DNA of 64,000 nucleotides, from contig CAXHJY010001254.1 of NCBI GenBank assembly GCA_964016885.1, forward strand, positions 1-64,000, given 5' to 3'. The notes beneath the pieces were generated by a model. That model was not told the DNA's origin. It made no database searches and worked only from the letters and a program-made list of their open reading frames with translations. This DNA is from Eledone cirrhosa (taxonomy: Eukaryota). The translations under genes and the position numbers were made by a program. How positions within the stretch are numbered: position 1 is the first letter of the stretch; each line of letters begins with the position of its first letter. Positions 37,326 to 50,984 of the stretch are shown here, in pieces.

Positions 37326-40274
37326 ATATATATATATACACACAGACACATATATACACAAACACTTGGCTAGACGCCAGTCTAAGTCTGACTAACAAAC
37401 TCTACTGTCGAATGCCACCTTAGATCTTTCACCAAACTGTAATCCCAACCTTTGATTTTCTCTGCCTAAATTCTACCTCTCCCCTTTCATATAATGGTAG
37501 CAACCGTAGCAGAAAAGGTGATTCCTTTGGTGAGCTGGTACCATTACACGGTTTCAGTTCTTCAAGTCTTTGGAGCTGATATACCATCAAGACGAATATA
37601 GACGGGAGATTTTCTATTTCCCCCCACCACCACCTCCATCACTGCCAGCATTACCAACATTTCAACTACCACCAATACCAATGCCGCCACCACAGCTATT
37701 ACTACTACCATCATCAACGCCACTATCACAACCACCAGTTGTGGCTTTTCTTATTGATTTCATTAAACAGTGAAAGATCTTTCCTTACAACGGACAGTTT
37801 GTCTTTTTCATTATATTGTCGTTTCGTCGAGTTTTAACCTTGAAAGGTACTTTTGTCTATCGTAAGATCTACTACTGATTTCACTTAATTATTTCTATCA
37901 TTGTCATGTTCAACATCATCCTTTCAATGGTCTCTTCTAAATTCTTATATTCCTTTTATTTATAGAAGGTCGTTACCTGCTGATAAAACTATTTGTTAAT
38001 TATGTACCTACCTTTATAAATTGTTCAAATAATGTTTAAAATGACTTTCTCAATGAAGATTAATAACAGTTTGAATACTGTTGAACAATAACGTTCATTT
38101 AAAATACTTTGTTTCATATTCTACAGAATAAGTGTATTCCGCTTCTCCATCTGTGTCTCCGTCAAACATATTTATAGGAGGGAAAAGAGGATTGAAAAAT
38201 TGTTGTTGAGAGCGAAATAGGGGGGGGGGGGATTTGATATTGATGGTATATTATTTACTTTGTTTTCTTTAAGTTATTTGTATTTTTTTCTTTTAATTGT
38301 TTTATTTCGAATTCTATTATTTTTTTTAGCTTTGTGAAGGTCCCTCCTTAAGTTAAACTGATTTTATTTAGTTCTTCACCATTATTGTCCGGTACCTGGT
38401 CATACCAAATTTTCTACGAACTATTTTCCCTACTTTTTATGCATCAAATTTAATGTTTTCCCCTTCGATTGAAAGATATGATTTTTATTTGTATTGTTCG
38501 TGCGAGGTTGTGTATTAGTTGAGAGAATCTGTTTGTTGGTGATATGAGATCTATTTTGTTAGTTTGGAAGGGATATCTAACCACCGTCCAATACAAACAT
38601 TTGTAAGATATCAATTAAATATCGACAAATTAAAAAACCGAAATGACAAAAATGTTTAAAAACATCTCCGTAAATAATACTTGTAAAATTTATCGATCTT
38701 GACCTTGTACAATTAATTTCTAACATAGATACGTGATTGATGGGTATAATTGATTCTATTTACCCTGTACTTGGCTGGTACTTTATTGTTTTATCGACCC
38801 AAGAAGGATGAAAAGGAAAATCAATCCTACTGAGGTCGACTTTAGTATTTCATACTTCCGAGGTCGATAAAATAAGTACCATTGAAATTACTGAATTGAT
38901 TGTGTCCCGGTTTCTCTCTTTGTTATAAATCTTTGTCAATAGTGTTTAATTCTTCACCAAGAGAAAAAATGGAAATGTTTCTTTCAGAGAGAAAGTACTT
39001 TTCTTAGAATATTAACAGTTCCAATAAAAAGCGACTTTTGTATGAAGTTAATGCTTTTATTAGTAGCTGCTCGAGTTGGAATCGAAGATGTCTGTTGAAA
39101 GGATCTTAGGTTGTAGTTCTTTAATTATCATTGTCTTATTGTTGTTTTCTCATTGAATTTTAACCTTGGGAGGTACTTTCGTCTCTTAGAAGATTTTCTA
39201 TTGACTTGAATTCATTATTTCCACCCTGAGAGCGTTATATTCAAGATTTCTATCTTTTGAATGTTTTATTCCACACAAAAACTAACAACAAAAATAGAAG
39301 AACGTATCATTTTACTCAAATTTAATCCTATATGTCATTTGTACATATATGTTGAACACTTGTTGCGTCCTATACTAGGTCACCCATGCCCACAAACACT
39401 CTCTCTCTCCAACATTATCCACTACTGTATCATCCAGCAGTCTTTCAATGTAATTTCTTTTCCTTCTACCTTTGTGTATCCATCTGATGGTTCCAACAAT
39501 CTCCCCCAGAGATAATGTCATGATACAAACGTCATTACTGTAACAGACAGCAAGACACAACTAAACGTAGGGTTTGAATGAAACAGTAAAACAAAGCATT
39601 AAAATTAAAAACAAAACCAACCAAACGATGGAAACAATTTTATGGACTTTATTGAAAGATGAAAACCTCGATTTAGGGAAGGTTTAGCTGCTATTTCAGA
39701 CAGGTCAAACTGCCAATATTGAGGTTCGACACAAGATGTAAACATGATGAGATTATAGAATCAAAACAGTTTTTACACGGTACCCAACATAGCAACAGTC
39801 TAATGGCTAAAACTAGTAAAAGAGAAGAATAAACAATATATACATACATATATACACGTACATACTCTTATACACACACATATATTGTTACATGCTGACA
39901 TTTAGTCATACACACACATGAATTAATACTTTAAACACATACATATACGAATGAATGCATACTTTAAGACATTTATAACAAAAGAAAACAAACTAATGCA
40001 TCAGTACATATAATGCACACACAGCTTCTTTCCTTGGGGAAATATGCTGCCTAAGTAGTAGTAAAAGAGTAAAAAAAACATCAAAGGAGCCAGAGAGATG
40101 TAACAAACAAGGCAGCCACAAAACATGTATATACACACACAGATATACATATATTATATATATACATATATTATATATATATATATATAATATAGTTAAA
40201 ACACCAGTGGCTACATCAAAAGCATGATTTAATTTATTGGTTGTACATCGTCCACAGAAAGAGCAACACAACAC

Positions 40275-40772
40275 ACACACACACACACACACACACAAGG
40301 TCTGTCCCAAATGTAAGAGCAGTGATTTTCCTATGTACGACATGACAATGAAGCACCTCGATGTATAAAGGCGTATTGGTTATGATCTTGGCTGTACATA
40401 CATACTTATTTCAACATAATCGATTGAATTAATCGTGAGTTATTGCTGTTTATGTACAGACATGTTTACAACCTCTGTTACGTTTGTGATGCTGGAAAAT
40501 ATCGAACAATGGTACGTGATCAAATTTTGTGTGAAACTCAACAAATCTGCCACCAAAATATTTAATTCTTTAGTACAAGCTTATGGAGATACCACTCTAT
40601 CGATATGTAAGGTTGTTATGGGACACAAAGACTTAATCTGGTCCAGCATGTCCGAAAGGACATTGCAGGAGATTGGATACTGCACCAGGATAACACGCCT
40701 GCTCACACAGTACTTTCAATTAGTCAATTTCTGGCGAAGAAAAACATCCCCACTCTTCCACATTCTCCCTAC
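40275..40772 (+). mobile_element. Internally deleted mariner transposon
   Basis: EQWYVIKFCVKLNKSATK..AYGD, then WILHQDNTPAH..FLAKKNIPTLPHSPY. Confidence 0.8.
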
Positions 40773-42156
40773 TACTACTACCACTACTAAGAGTGCACTT
40801 AAATTACTTTGTAAACCCTTTAACAACGACACATTGGAGGAATGAAGGAGGGTGAGAGGTGTACAGAAGGAGGGACAAAGTACTGTAAAGGAATGTTACT
40901 TAAAGTAGGTTTCGTGAGATAAAGTGGCTGAATATAATTTAATAAAATTCATTGCTTCGTTTCTAATTGAATTTTATAAGAATAAATAACATTTCTAAGG
41001 TAATTTTCATTTCATTTAATGTTTTAATTAAAATGAGAAGCAGAGATTGTCCACAAAATACAATTATGGGTTTAGAAATCGTTTAATGTACATATACACA
41101 CACACACACATATATATATATATAAATGTACACCTTGACAAAATATATTTGGGAAATATTGTAGCAGAGTTACGGTAATTTTAAGTATACCATGTTCTAC
41201 CTTTACAGTAACTTCATTACATAATTAATTAAAGGTGAATAGCGAAGTATTCTACACGTGATTGTATTATTGTATCGTGAAGAAAAGATAAGAAGACACG
41301 TAAAAGTAGAGATACAAACAAAAAACGCCTTCACTTCTGAACAAAAACTGACAGTGGAAAAATACAACTGTAAAAGATAAAACAAAAATCTATTTACAGT
41401 GTTTAATAGTTAATATTATAAAATATAATTTGACGACGAGCGAAGGACCTCCGTCAATTTCGGCGATGAGTGCTCCAGTTAATGAAACAGCTTGCTTATG
41501 AAATTAACATTTAAGTGGCTGAGTATTCCACAGACGCGTGTACCTTTAACATAATTCAGAGGAAAATTCAGCATAATGTGTGTGAGAAGACTGACCCTCT
41601 AAATAGTTTCCATCTACCCCGTTTCTACCCACAAAGCTTGGATTAACTCTAGGCTATGTTAAATGACAGTTGCCCAACATACTACACAGTAAGATCGAAC
41701 CCGCGATCTTAATGGTAGGGAAACTAACTCCTTAACTATTCCGTAGAATGTAATTTACGTGATAAAGAATAACTAAAACCAACTCCCCTCAACAATATCT
41801 AGGTTGTTCTAATAATTACTAAGGATTTTTATTTAAAAAAATACCCGCAAATGTCAGACAGGGTGTCGACCACAGATTCGTTTGTTAGTCAATCGATTTA
41901 TGCCATTGATTTAATGGCAGTCAATCAATATATAGGCGTGGTGCCTAGTTAGTTAAAGACATTTACCACCAGACTTGAAATACTGTCGACATCAACTTTG
42001 CCTTTCATCCCTCCAGTAGCAGTTAATTACTCTGACTGGTTTGTAATAATTCTTCCCAACAACCATTCTAGATGGTTCTGGAATTATAGTGTTAGAAAAT
42101 TTAAATTGAATGGCGTCATTGAGTCAGGTCGTCAGGTATATGTATGTGTGTGTATA

Positions 42157-42201
<45 letters not shown>

Positions 42202-42466
42202 TGGTGGTTAACAGTGCTGTTATTCAATGCTATACCCCCGCCACACACTACCACCACCACCACCACCACTACAGAATATCTCCTCAGCTATATTCTATAG
42301 TAGAAGTATATCAATAATCTTCTGTCTAAAATATTCAATACCCGTGTAAAAGTTATTTCACTCTTCGGAATATTCTACATTTTAAATCACTCTGAGCCAA
42401 ACTGCGGCTCGTTTCACTTTCTGAATGTCACACCTAATTTCAAAATTACCTTAACTTGTCTAGCAG

Positions 42467-43037
42467 TGTGGCCCACCCTATGATGAGCCACATCCTATGT
42501 GGCCCACCCTATGTTGAGCCACATCCTATGTGGCCCACCCTTATGTTGAGCCACATCCTATGTGGTCCACCTTTATGATGAGCCACATCCTATGTGGTCC
42601 ACCTTTATGATGAGCCACATCCTATGTGGTCCACTTTTATGATGAGCCACATCCTATGTGGTCCACCATTATGATGAGCCACATCCTATATGGTCCACCT
42701 TTATGATGAGCCACATCCTATGTGGTCCACCTTGTGATGAGCTACATCCTATGTGGTCCACCTTGTGATGAGCTACATCCTATGTGGTCCACCTTTATGA
42801 TGAGCCACATCCTATGTGGTCCACCTTGTGATGAGCTACATCCTATGTGGTCCACCATTATGATGAGCCACATCCTATGTGGTCCACCATTATGATGAGC
42901 CACATCCTATGTGGTCCACCTTATGATGAGCTACATCCTATGTGGTCCACTTTATCAGTCACATCCTATGTGGCCCACCTTATCAGTCACATCCTATGTG
43001 GCCCACCTTATTATCAGCCACATCATATGTGGCCCAC
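42467..43037. repeat. Minisatellite of about 30-31 bp (tgtggtccaccttatgatgagccacatccta), probably inside a hAT-type MITE ending near 43064
   Basis: About 18 tandem units followed by aaaaatgttacccatacctg. Confidence 0.9.
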
Positions 43038-43720
43038 TGCGAGAAAAATGTTACCCATACCTGTTTTAAATTTTATTATTATCACCATTTAAATTTTATT
43101 ATTACAGGATCGATAAAATGAAGTACCAGTGATGCACTGGGATCGATTTAATCGACCCCCCCCCAAAAAAAAAATTTGTTGGCCTTGTGTCTAAATCAGA
43201 AGCCATCATTATTGTTGTTAGTATTGTTACTCGGTGAAACTAAAACGAGCTTTCTCCATGCTCCACTATTTCTGTTCAATTGGTGTCTGTAGTCTTTGCT
43301 GATTGTTGTGTGTAGATCTAATCAATAAAGAGAGCAACTCCATGACAGTTCCACTTTTCTGACTGTCGACGGATGCTCCCTTCATCGAAAGATCTCATCA
43401 ATTTCTTTGTCACGTGAAACTTATGGCGGCCATCTTGAAATATAAACTGATGATAGAAATAATATCTTCATTCTTCGACATTTCCTGCGTTTTTTTTCTA
43501 TTGCAACTGATATAAGTTCTGTCGATCGATTGGTCAACGTTTTGTCAGTTATATTGGAGCATTTCTGAAACAACAACAAAATATGTAAAGAAAACATGAC
43601 ATAAATAATTATGAAGAAAAAAAACCACATTAATAAATTACCAATATCATTTTCTAGGCAAATATTGGACATAACTACTGGCATGTCTTTGTCAGACTTC
43701 AGTAGAGTATAGTAGTTTTC

Positions 43721-43761
<41 letters not shown>

Positions 43762-43990
43762 ACACTCTAGCCACCCGATAAAATAAATAACCAACTAGAC
43801 TAAGTAGTGGGATCGATATATACGCCTGATATCCTTAAAAGTGGTGCCCCAGCATGGCCACAGCCTAATGAATGAAATCTAGAACAGCCAGCCAATATCG
43901 ATGGCAGTTCGAATTAAGAATAATCTGTAATTTATGCACACGGCCAAAAAATTTAAGGGAAGGGGAAATATCAATTATATTGATCTCAGT

Positions 43991-44125
43991 ATGTGACTGG
44001 TACTTTTATCGACCTCGAAAAGAAGGCAAAGTTGACCTCTACGGCGGGATTTGAACTCAGAACGTAGAAACTCTTAACTAAACACCACAAAAACATTTAG
44101 TCCGACACTCTACCGATTCTGTCAA
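43991..44125 (-). mobile_element. tRNA-derived SINE (family 1), degraded
   Basis: ctggtacttttatcgacc..ggcgggatttgaactcag. Confidence 0.75.
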
Positions 44126-44172
44126 TCTTCTGTCTTAATCCAAATAACAGTTAGCAACTGACAGGGATTTGT

Positions 44173-44420
44173 AAATTATACGGAAAGCCGTAATAAGAGA
44201 AGCTAGTCTAAAGAGAGGAGTATTATAAAATGTATGGAAAGCAATTGGGGTAACAAATTATACGGAAAGCCAAATGAATAAGAGATCTAAAGAGAGGGGG
44301 ATTATTATATATTGTATGAAAGGCAATTGGGTAACAAATTATACGGAAAGCCAATACAAGAAGAGAAGCTAGTCTAAAGGGAGAGTGTTATATATTGTAT
44401 GGAAGGCAATTGAGGTAAAA
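44173..44420. repeat. Three tandem units of about 82 bp
   Basis: aaattatacggaaagcc at about 44173, 44256 and 44336. Confidence 0.8.
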
Positions 44421-44662
44421 AATGTAAATTTTAAAAGAATGTCCAACTCCGAATCTATTTAAAGTAAATTACAGAGAAGTGGTAAGAAGAAGACTGTCCT
44501 GTGAATTCTTGTAGGACAACAGTAATTATTAGAGAGTAATATAATAGACAACGTCCTTAATTTCCTGTCCACAGACTCGACCAACGATCAATGGTGAATG
44601 TAATGAAGAAAGAAATTATAGTATAAGTAGTGTCGGCATGATGGACAGAGTTCACTGACATA

Positions 44663-44729
<67 letters not shown>

Positions 44730-44793
44730 CAGGTATAACATGCATATATGTATATATATATATATATAACAGGTATAATATGCATATATATAT

Positions 44794-45832
44794 AGGGAAA
44801 TGGCCTTGCTCAGTATGTAGGAAAGGTGTAGGTAGGAACTCCATTCTCTGCCCCAAATGCAAACAATGGGTACACAAGAGATGTAGCGGGATCTCAGGAA
44901 GCTTAATTAAGAATGTAGGCTTCACATGCAGCAGCTGTGCTGAGACAGCAAGCAGCAGACAGCCACAGGAAACAAGTACCACCAATCTCTGGGAGGGCTC
45001 TGTAGAAACAGTTGACAGCTTCTGCTACCTAGGTGACCGAATTAGCAGCGGAGGTGGGTGTTCAGAAAGTGCAATAACTAGGGTAAGGACGGGATGGAAG
45101 AAGTTTAGGGAACTACTACCACTGCTAGCTGCAAAAGGCTTCTCCCTCAGAATGAAAGGCAGACTGTATGATGCGTGTATCTGAACAGCAATGTTGCATG
45201 GTAGTGAGACCTGCTCCGATGGATGTGTAACAGTAATATACGTGAACGACAAAGCATAAATGAATTGAGAGAGAGACTGAGCATAAGAGGAATCAAATGC
45301 TGTGTGCAGGAGAGGTGGTTGCGCTGGTATGGACATGTGATGCGTATGAAAGATGACAGCTGCATAAAACGGTGCAGAGCACTAGAAGTTGATGGAAACC
45401 GCGGAGTGGGGAGACCCAAGATGACCTGGGATGAGGTGATAAAAGCCGACCTTACCCAATTACACCTCTCAAAGGCAATGACACGACCGTGACTTCTGGC
45501 GTCACGCAGTAATACAGAGTACCCGACCTCCCATGGGTACAAGCTGAAGCATATAGACAATATGCCCCCACACCCCCCACCACAAGGTGATCGTGGAGGT
45601 GCCATGGCAAAAAAGCACCCAGCCCACACTGTAAAGTGGACGTGTAGGCGCCACGAAAAAGCACCCAGCACTCACTGTAAATGAGGTTGGTGTTAGGAAG
45701 GGCATCCAGCTGTAGAGATCAGTTCCTGTATGAGCAAGGTATGGTCAGCCGACCAGACACTGCCCACAACAGGACAACCTGTCTAACCCATGCTAGCGTG
45801 GAAGAACGGACGTAAAATGATGATGATGATGA
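44794..45832 (+). mobile_element. RTE-clade LINE 3' fragment with a (ATG)n tail
   Basis: GKWPCSVCRKGVG..FCYLGD..GWKKFRELLPLL..LRWYGHV..GRPKMTW; tail gatgatgatgat. Same family as 55307-55592, 58729-60449 and 61632-63140. Confidence 0.88.
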
Positions 45833-47738
45833 TACACATGACACTAATACACCTACAACTTACCAAATAAAAAACAAATTAATACCACAATGGTAGACAT
45901 CTCTTAAAAACAGGAAATTCTCCTTTTGGAAGATGATACAAAACAATAACAAAGCGGAGCTCTATGAAAAATGGATTAACTCATCCCCATTAATCATCCC
46001 CCGCAAACTACAAATTAAATACATCCCAAATGAACCAAAGACACAAAGACACCCCAGGGAAAGAATGGCACTTGATAACATAAAAACTGAAATTGAACTC
46101 CTTAAATTGAGAGCCCAAGCAAATGAAGATAGGATCAAATAAATCGATGAGGAGATTAATCTAGCAATTATCAATATAACCAAAGACACCACCCTAGAAA
46201 ATATTTCAAAATTATGGTTAGAGGACTGTAATAAGGAAGAATTAAAATCCTTTCAACACTGGGAAATAAACGAAACCTGGTTCTCTAACTATGAAACACT
46301 TTTCCAAAAAGAACACACATCCAAGAACCCCTTCATTAAAACCATAACAAGAAAACTCAATCAACACCCAAACACCACACAACAACCAACAACAACAAAA
46401 AAACAATACCTCCCCACATACCAACAAAAGAAGGCATCACCTTGCCCCTACCTCCTACATCCTCCACACAACTACCACACGGACTCCCAAGCAACAAATA
46501 TAGTAATAGAGAAACATCAGCTACAAGATAGACACAACAACTTCTCTCCCACCAGGAGAAACCATAAAACCCCCCACACTTACAACCCCCTTAACATCCC
46601 CACACAACAAACCCACAACCATCATTACTTCCAACATAGAACCCAAAATACACAACTACCACACATGTCACACAGGGCCTCACAACCACACACCAGCTAT
46701 AAGGAAACCCTAATCTACCCTCCCCCACTAACCACATCCTACTACAACACCACCAGCAGGGGACAATATAACCACACGAGACACCCTAACCACTACAACC
46801 ACCATAGCTACACACCATATAACAGCAACAACAGGACTCAATATGACCACACAAGACAACCCTACTACAACTACCACCAAGTCTACACACCCTACAACAA
46901 CAGCAGTGCTCAACACAACCACACGATACAACCCAACTTCAAGAACCACCACAACTTCACACCCTATAACCACGTCCATCAAATCTACACACCCTACAAC
47001 AACATCAGCAAGGCTCAATACAACCACACGATACAACCTAAACTCAACAACCACCACAGCTACACACCATCTTACAACAACACAATACAACTATAAGAGA
47101 CATCCAAACTTCAACAGCCATCACAACTTCCGTAATCATTTTTTAGACACAGCACACAGACACAGGAGACACAAAATGCAATAAAAATTGTCAATTTAAC
47201 TTCTAAAGAATTAACAACAGACTAAATCAACATACTCTCCAAAGGTCTAAAATTTACACCAACTCCCCAACAACCAAACTACCCCCGAAATGAAGGAAGA
47301 TATTGCAGAATTCTGTAGAAAACTAAGACTCAGCGAACAACTATACAACAAATACAATGAGGATGACTCAATAGCCAGAAATAGAAGCAACTACACCCCA
47401 CCAAAAGGCAAGAACAAATTCCTTGATCAATTCTGTGAACACATTACTTATTACCCATACCACCACCTACACAGACATAAACAAAAACCAAACCCAAGCA
47501 AAAAAGAATGGAATGGTCTTAACAGTCTAAAAGACGACAAAACCCTAACAATCAAAGAGGCAGATAAAGGGAGTGCAGTAGTCCTTATGGAGACAGATTA
47601 TTACACAACTCTAGTACTCTCAACTCTAGAAAACCAAACATATTATGAAAAGGCCCAACACTACACACAACAGAAAATAATGAGAAACCTAAAATCCCTA
47701 ACAACCCTTTACAAAGAAGGCCTTACAGACAAGGAATA
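45833..47738 (+). pseudogene. 5' part of a Penelope-like ORF (N-terminal and pre-RT region), truncated
   Basis: IVNLTSKELT..LSKGLKFTPTP..EFCRKLRL..LTIKEADKGSAVVLM..YY. Confidence 0.8.
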
Positions 47739-50308
47739 CAACAACAACAATAACGGTGAAGTAAACAACAATACGTCTAGCAATCATAACAATAATAATA
47801 ATGCTAATGATAGAAACAACAACAACCACCCTGATAACAACAATAGCAACACACACAACTATGACGATAGATATAATGACAACCCCTTAGAGAAACTATT
47901 TTTCAACCCAGCTGACAAAACATATAAGATGGGTAATATCTATCCTACGAGGTTACCCTTTAATAAAAGAGTTTGCATACCACAGCAAATAGATGACGAG
48001 ACAGAGGCACAGTTCACCATAGCTAGAAATAAGATTAGACAAGTAGTAGACAGGTATACTAAGAGACAGAGCAGACCAGAGGCCCAACAACTTGGGAGGA
48101 AACCTGTAGAAGGCTTGGTTAGCCTCAAGCAGCGCACAAGGGATGGTGAGGTAGTGTGTCTACCCACAGATAAGTCTGGTAGGATGTCAATAGATAGCAT
48201 GCCGAACTACATCGAGGCTATGCAACCCCACATCACCAACACGAGCGAAGTTGCACAACAAACACACGATGGGAGAGAGAAAATCCTCAACGCTCACATG
48301 ATGATGTGGACTGACATCCTAAAGCCAAGCAGCTGACATCCTAAAGCCAAGCAGACGCACTGCCAACAACTTCCAGGCGTCTAACAATGGCATACCACCC
48401 TTGTATGGGCTCCGCAAAGATCACAAGACAGTCGACGACCCGACAACAGGACCACCAACAAGACCCGTATGCGGAGCTAATATAGCTAGCAACTACAGGA
48501 TCTCCTACTTCCTCTCAATGGTTATATGCCCCATAATCAAGATGTCCCCAGATGTATGTGAAAGTACAGAGGACCTCCTCAGCAGAATCAGTGAGTGCAA
48601 CAAAAACAGGAGCCTATCCAACTGCATAATAGGCAGCATGTATGTGGTGTCACTGTACCCATCCATTAACATTGATTTTGTTGTGAAAAGATGTGTGGAG
48701 ATGATCATTGAGAGTGAGGTGGAGTTCTGCGACATCGACACAGACGAACTGGGCCTCCTACTTAGACTTACCTACGACACTGACTACCTAGACAGCCATG
48801 ACCTTAGATGTTTCTGCCCTAGTAGACCTATAAGAGGTAGACCCCCCACCATAACCTCAATGGCAAAAAAGACTCCCATGGGAAGGTGGATTGGGTGGAT
48901 CAAAGCTATACGGACCCCCCAAAACAATGATCAGGTAAGAAAAATGGTCGCACATGCAATAGGGGCTAGTATCAAAACTACCCTAAAGGGCCACATATTT
49001 AAGTTCAATGAGAAAATCTACACCCAAAATGAGGGAGCAGCCATCGGCGTCAGCATAGCTGGTGATGTTGCCAACCTTTTCATGGTATGGTGGGAAAGGA
49101 GACTTAAAGATCTCCTTAATGAAAGCTCCATAGACCTCATCATGTACTCTCGTTATGTAGACGATATCAATATAGTTATAAGAACACCCCCACTAGAGAG
49201 CACTAACAAGTTTGAGTTAGAACGTAGCACGATGGAAAGCATCCAGCAGATAGCTAATTCCATACACCAGAGTATAACTGTAACTATCGACTTCCCTTCC
49301 AAACACCCTAACAATAGACTACCTGTATTAGACACAGAACTCTGGATTAACACTATAGACGAGAGAGCCCAAATTCTCCACTCACACTATGCTAAACCCA
49401 TGGCCTCCAAATACCTGATACTCAAAAACTCAGCAATGTCCAGTAGTGCTAAGTTTAATATTCTGATCGCAGATTTGGTACGAGTGATGAAGAATGTGTC
49501 CAGCATGTGTGACCCAACAGAAATGGAAAGACACATCCAACACTTCATCAACCGCATGCAGTTCTCTGGCTACAACCAAAGAGACAGAATCAGAGTATAC
49601 GAAGGAGCCATGGAGAAGTATAAGACCCTCATAGAACTGGACATGAAAGGAATTTGCCCATTATACAGGAGCAAATCATGGAATAGCTTAGATAGGGCTA
49701 GACATAAGATAGGGAAGGCCACATCATGGTACGACAACCAGAGATATCAGAGTATCATGTTTGTGGACGCCACCCCTAGAGGGAAATTAGCTAACCAGTG
49801 TAGAAAGGCCTTGAGAAAGACCCACTTAAAAATAAAGGTGGTAGAAAAACCAGGAACCACCATAAAATCCCTGATCAGCAAAACCTACCCTTTTAAGAAA
49901 ACCCACTGTACCAATAGGAAATGTATCATATGTAAGGTGAACCCCCGGATAAACTGTAAAACTAGAAACGTAGTCTATAGCATAAGATGTACAGAGGGTA
50001 CTTGCAGAAACATGACAACAACATACATAGGTGAGACAGCTCGTAGCATAGGTGAAAGGATAGACCAACACTGGGGGGAACTAAAAGGACGAAAAAACGG
50101 GTCAGTACTATACGAACATGCTAGACAACATGACGGTAACATAGACAACATAGAAATTAGAATAATATCTAAACATAGGAATGACCCAGCAGATAGGCAA
50201 ATCAGAGAGGCCAGTGAAATAGAAATTAGAAGACCAAAGCTAAACAGAAAGAATGAGTGGAACAACAACAACACCCAAACAAACAACACTGACCTAAGAG
50301 AAGTATAA
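47738..50308 (+). pseudogene. Second, distinct PLE ORF: RT + Cys-rich linker + GIY-YIG; broken by a 22-bp tandem duplication (48311-48354)
   Basis: PTDKSGR, YGLRKDHK..TRPV, SLYPSI, GAAIG, YSRYVDDI, LPVLD, CxxxxCxxC..C, VVYSIRC..YIGETAR..REA..LNRKNEW. Confidence 0.92.
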
Positions 50309-50573
50309 ATAAGTAAATAAAATAAAATAAGATAAATAAATACTTACACAAGCACAATAACAACAAGCACATAAACACACACTAGTCACCCAGCAGACAC
50401 AACACTATACACACTAGTCACACAGCAAACATAACACTATACACACACGCAAACGTATGCGCAAAGAAGACAAAATAAAATAAACAAACAAGCAAATAAA
50501 TAAATAAATATATAGACAGACTGAATAAAAAATGGCGTAGACATACAACACAACAGGAGGAAAAAATATAACA

Positions 50574-50613
50574 CCACTGACGATGTTGCAGATGTGCAAC
50601 GAAAGATTTATGT
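50574..50613 (+). ncRNA. Minimal hammerhead ribozyme in the PLE 3'UTR
   Basis: cca-CTGACGA-t-gttgca-gatg-tgcaac-GAAA-gatt-TA-tgt. Weak stem I. Confidence 0.65.
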
Positions 50614-50679
50614 AAATTATGTAAACTATATATATGTGTTTGTGTCTATATTGTATCTGTATTATTTTTGACCGTCGGT

Positions 50680-50822
50680 CAGTCAATGGCAACATTGAGG
50701 ACCGAGTAAGTTAGATTGCAGATATAAAAGACAGCGAGAAGCGAAAACCAACCAAACAATGAGTGTGTTCTGTTATTAATTCTGGCAATATTACACAAAT
50801 ATGACCCTCCCCAAGTATAACA
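50680..50822 (+). mobile_element. LTR-like 3' end fragment
   Basis: TATAAA box and terminus atgaccctccccaagtataaca, similar to 7889-7910. Confidence 0.5.
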
Positions 50823-50861
50823 ATATATATATATATATATAACAGGTATAATATGCATATA

Positions 50862-50912
<51 letters not shown>

Positions 50913-50923
50913 CAGGTATAATA

Positions 50924-50968
<45 letters not shown>

Positions 50969-50984
50969 AATGGGTAACCCCTTA

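Noticed and set aside
37570-37773. Proline-rich ORF
   Set aside because: Degenerate (CCA)n microsatellite with no splice or domain support.
42467-43037. CRISPR-like or HHR-like 31-bp repeats (TGATGA plus a hairpin)
   Set aside because: No unique spacers, no cas genes and no GAAA/stem III. This is a plain minisatellite.
46665-47184. His/Tyr/Asn-rich repetitive ORFs
   Set aside because: Low-complexity internal repeats within the PLE N-terminal region, not a host gene.
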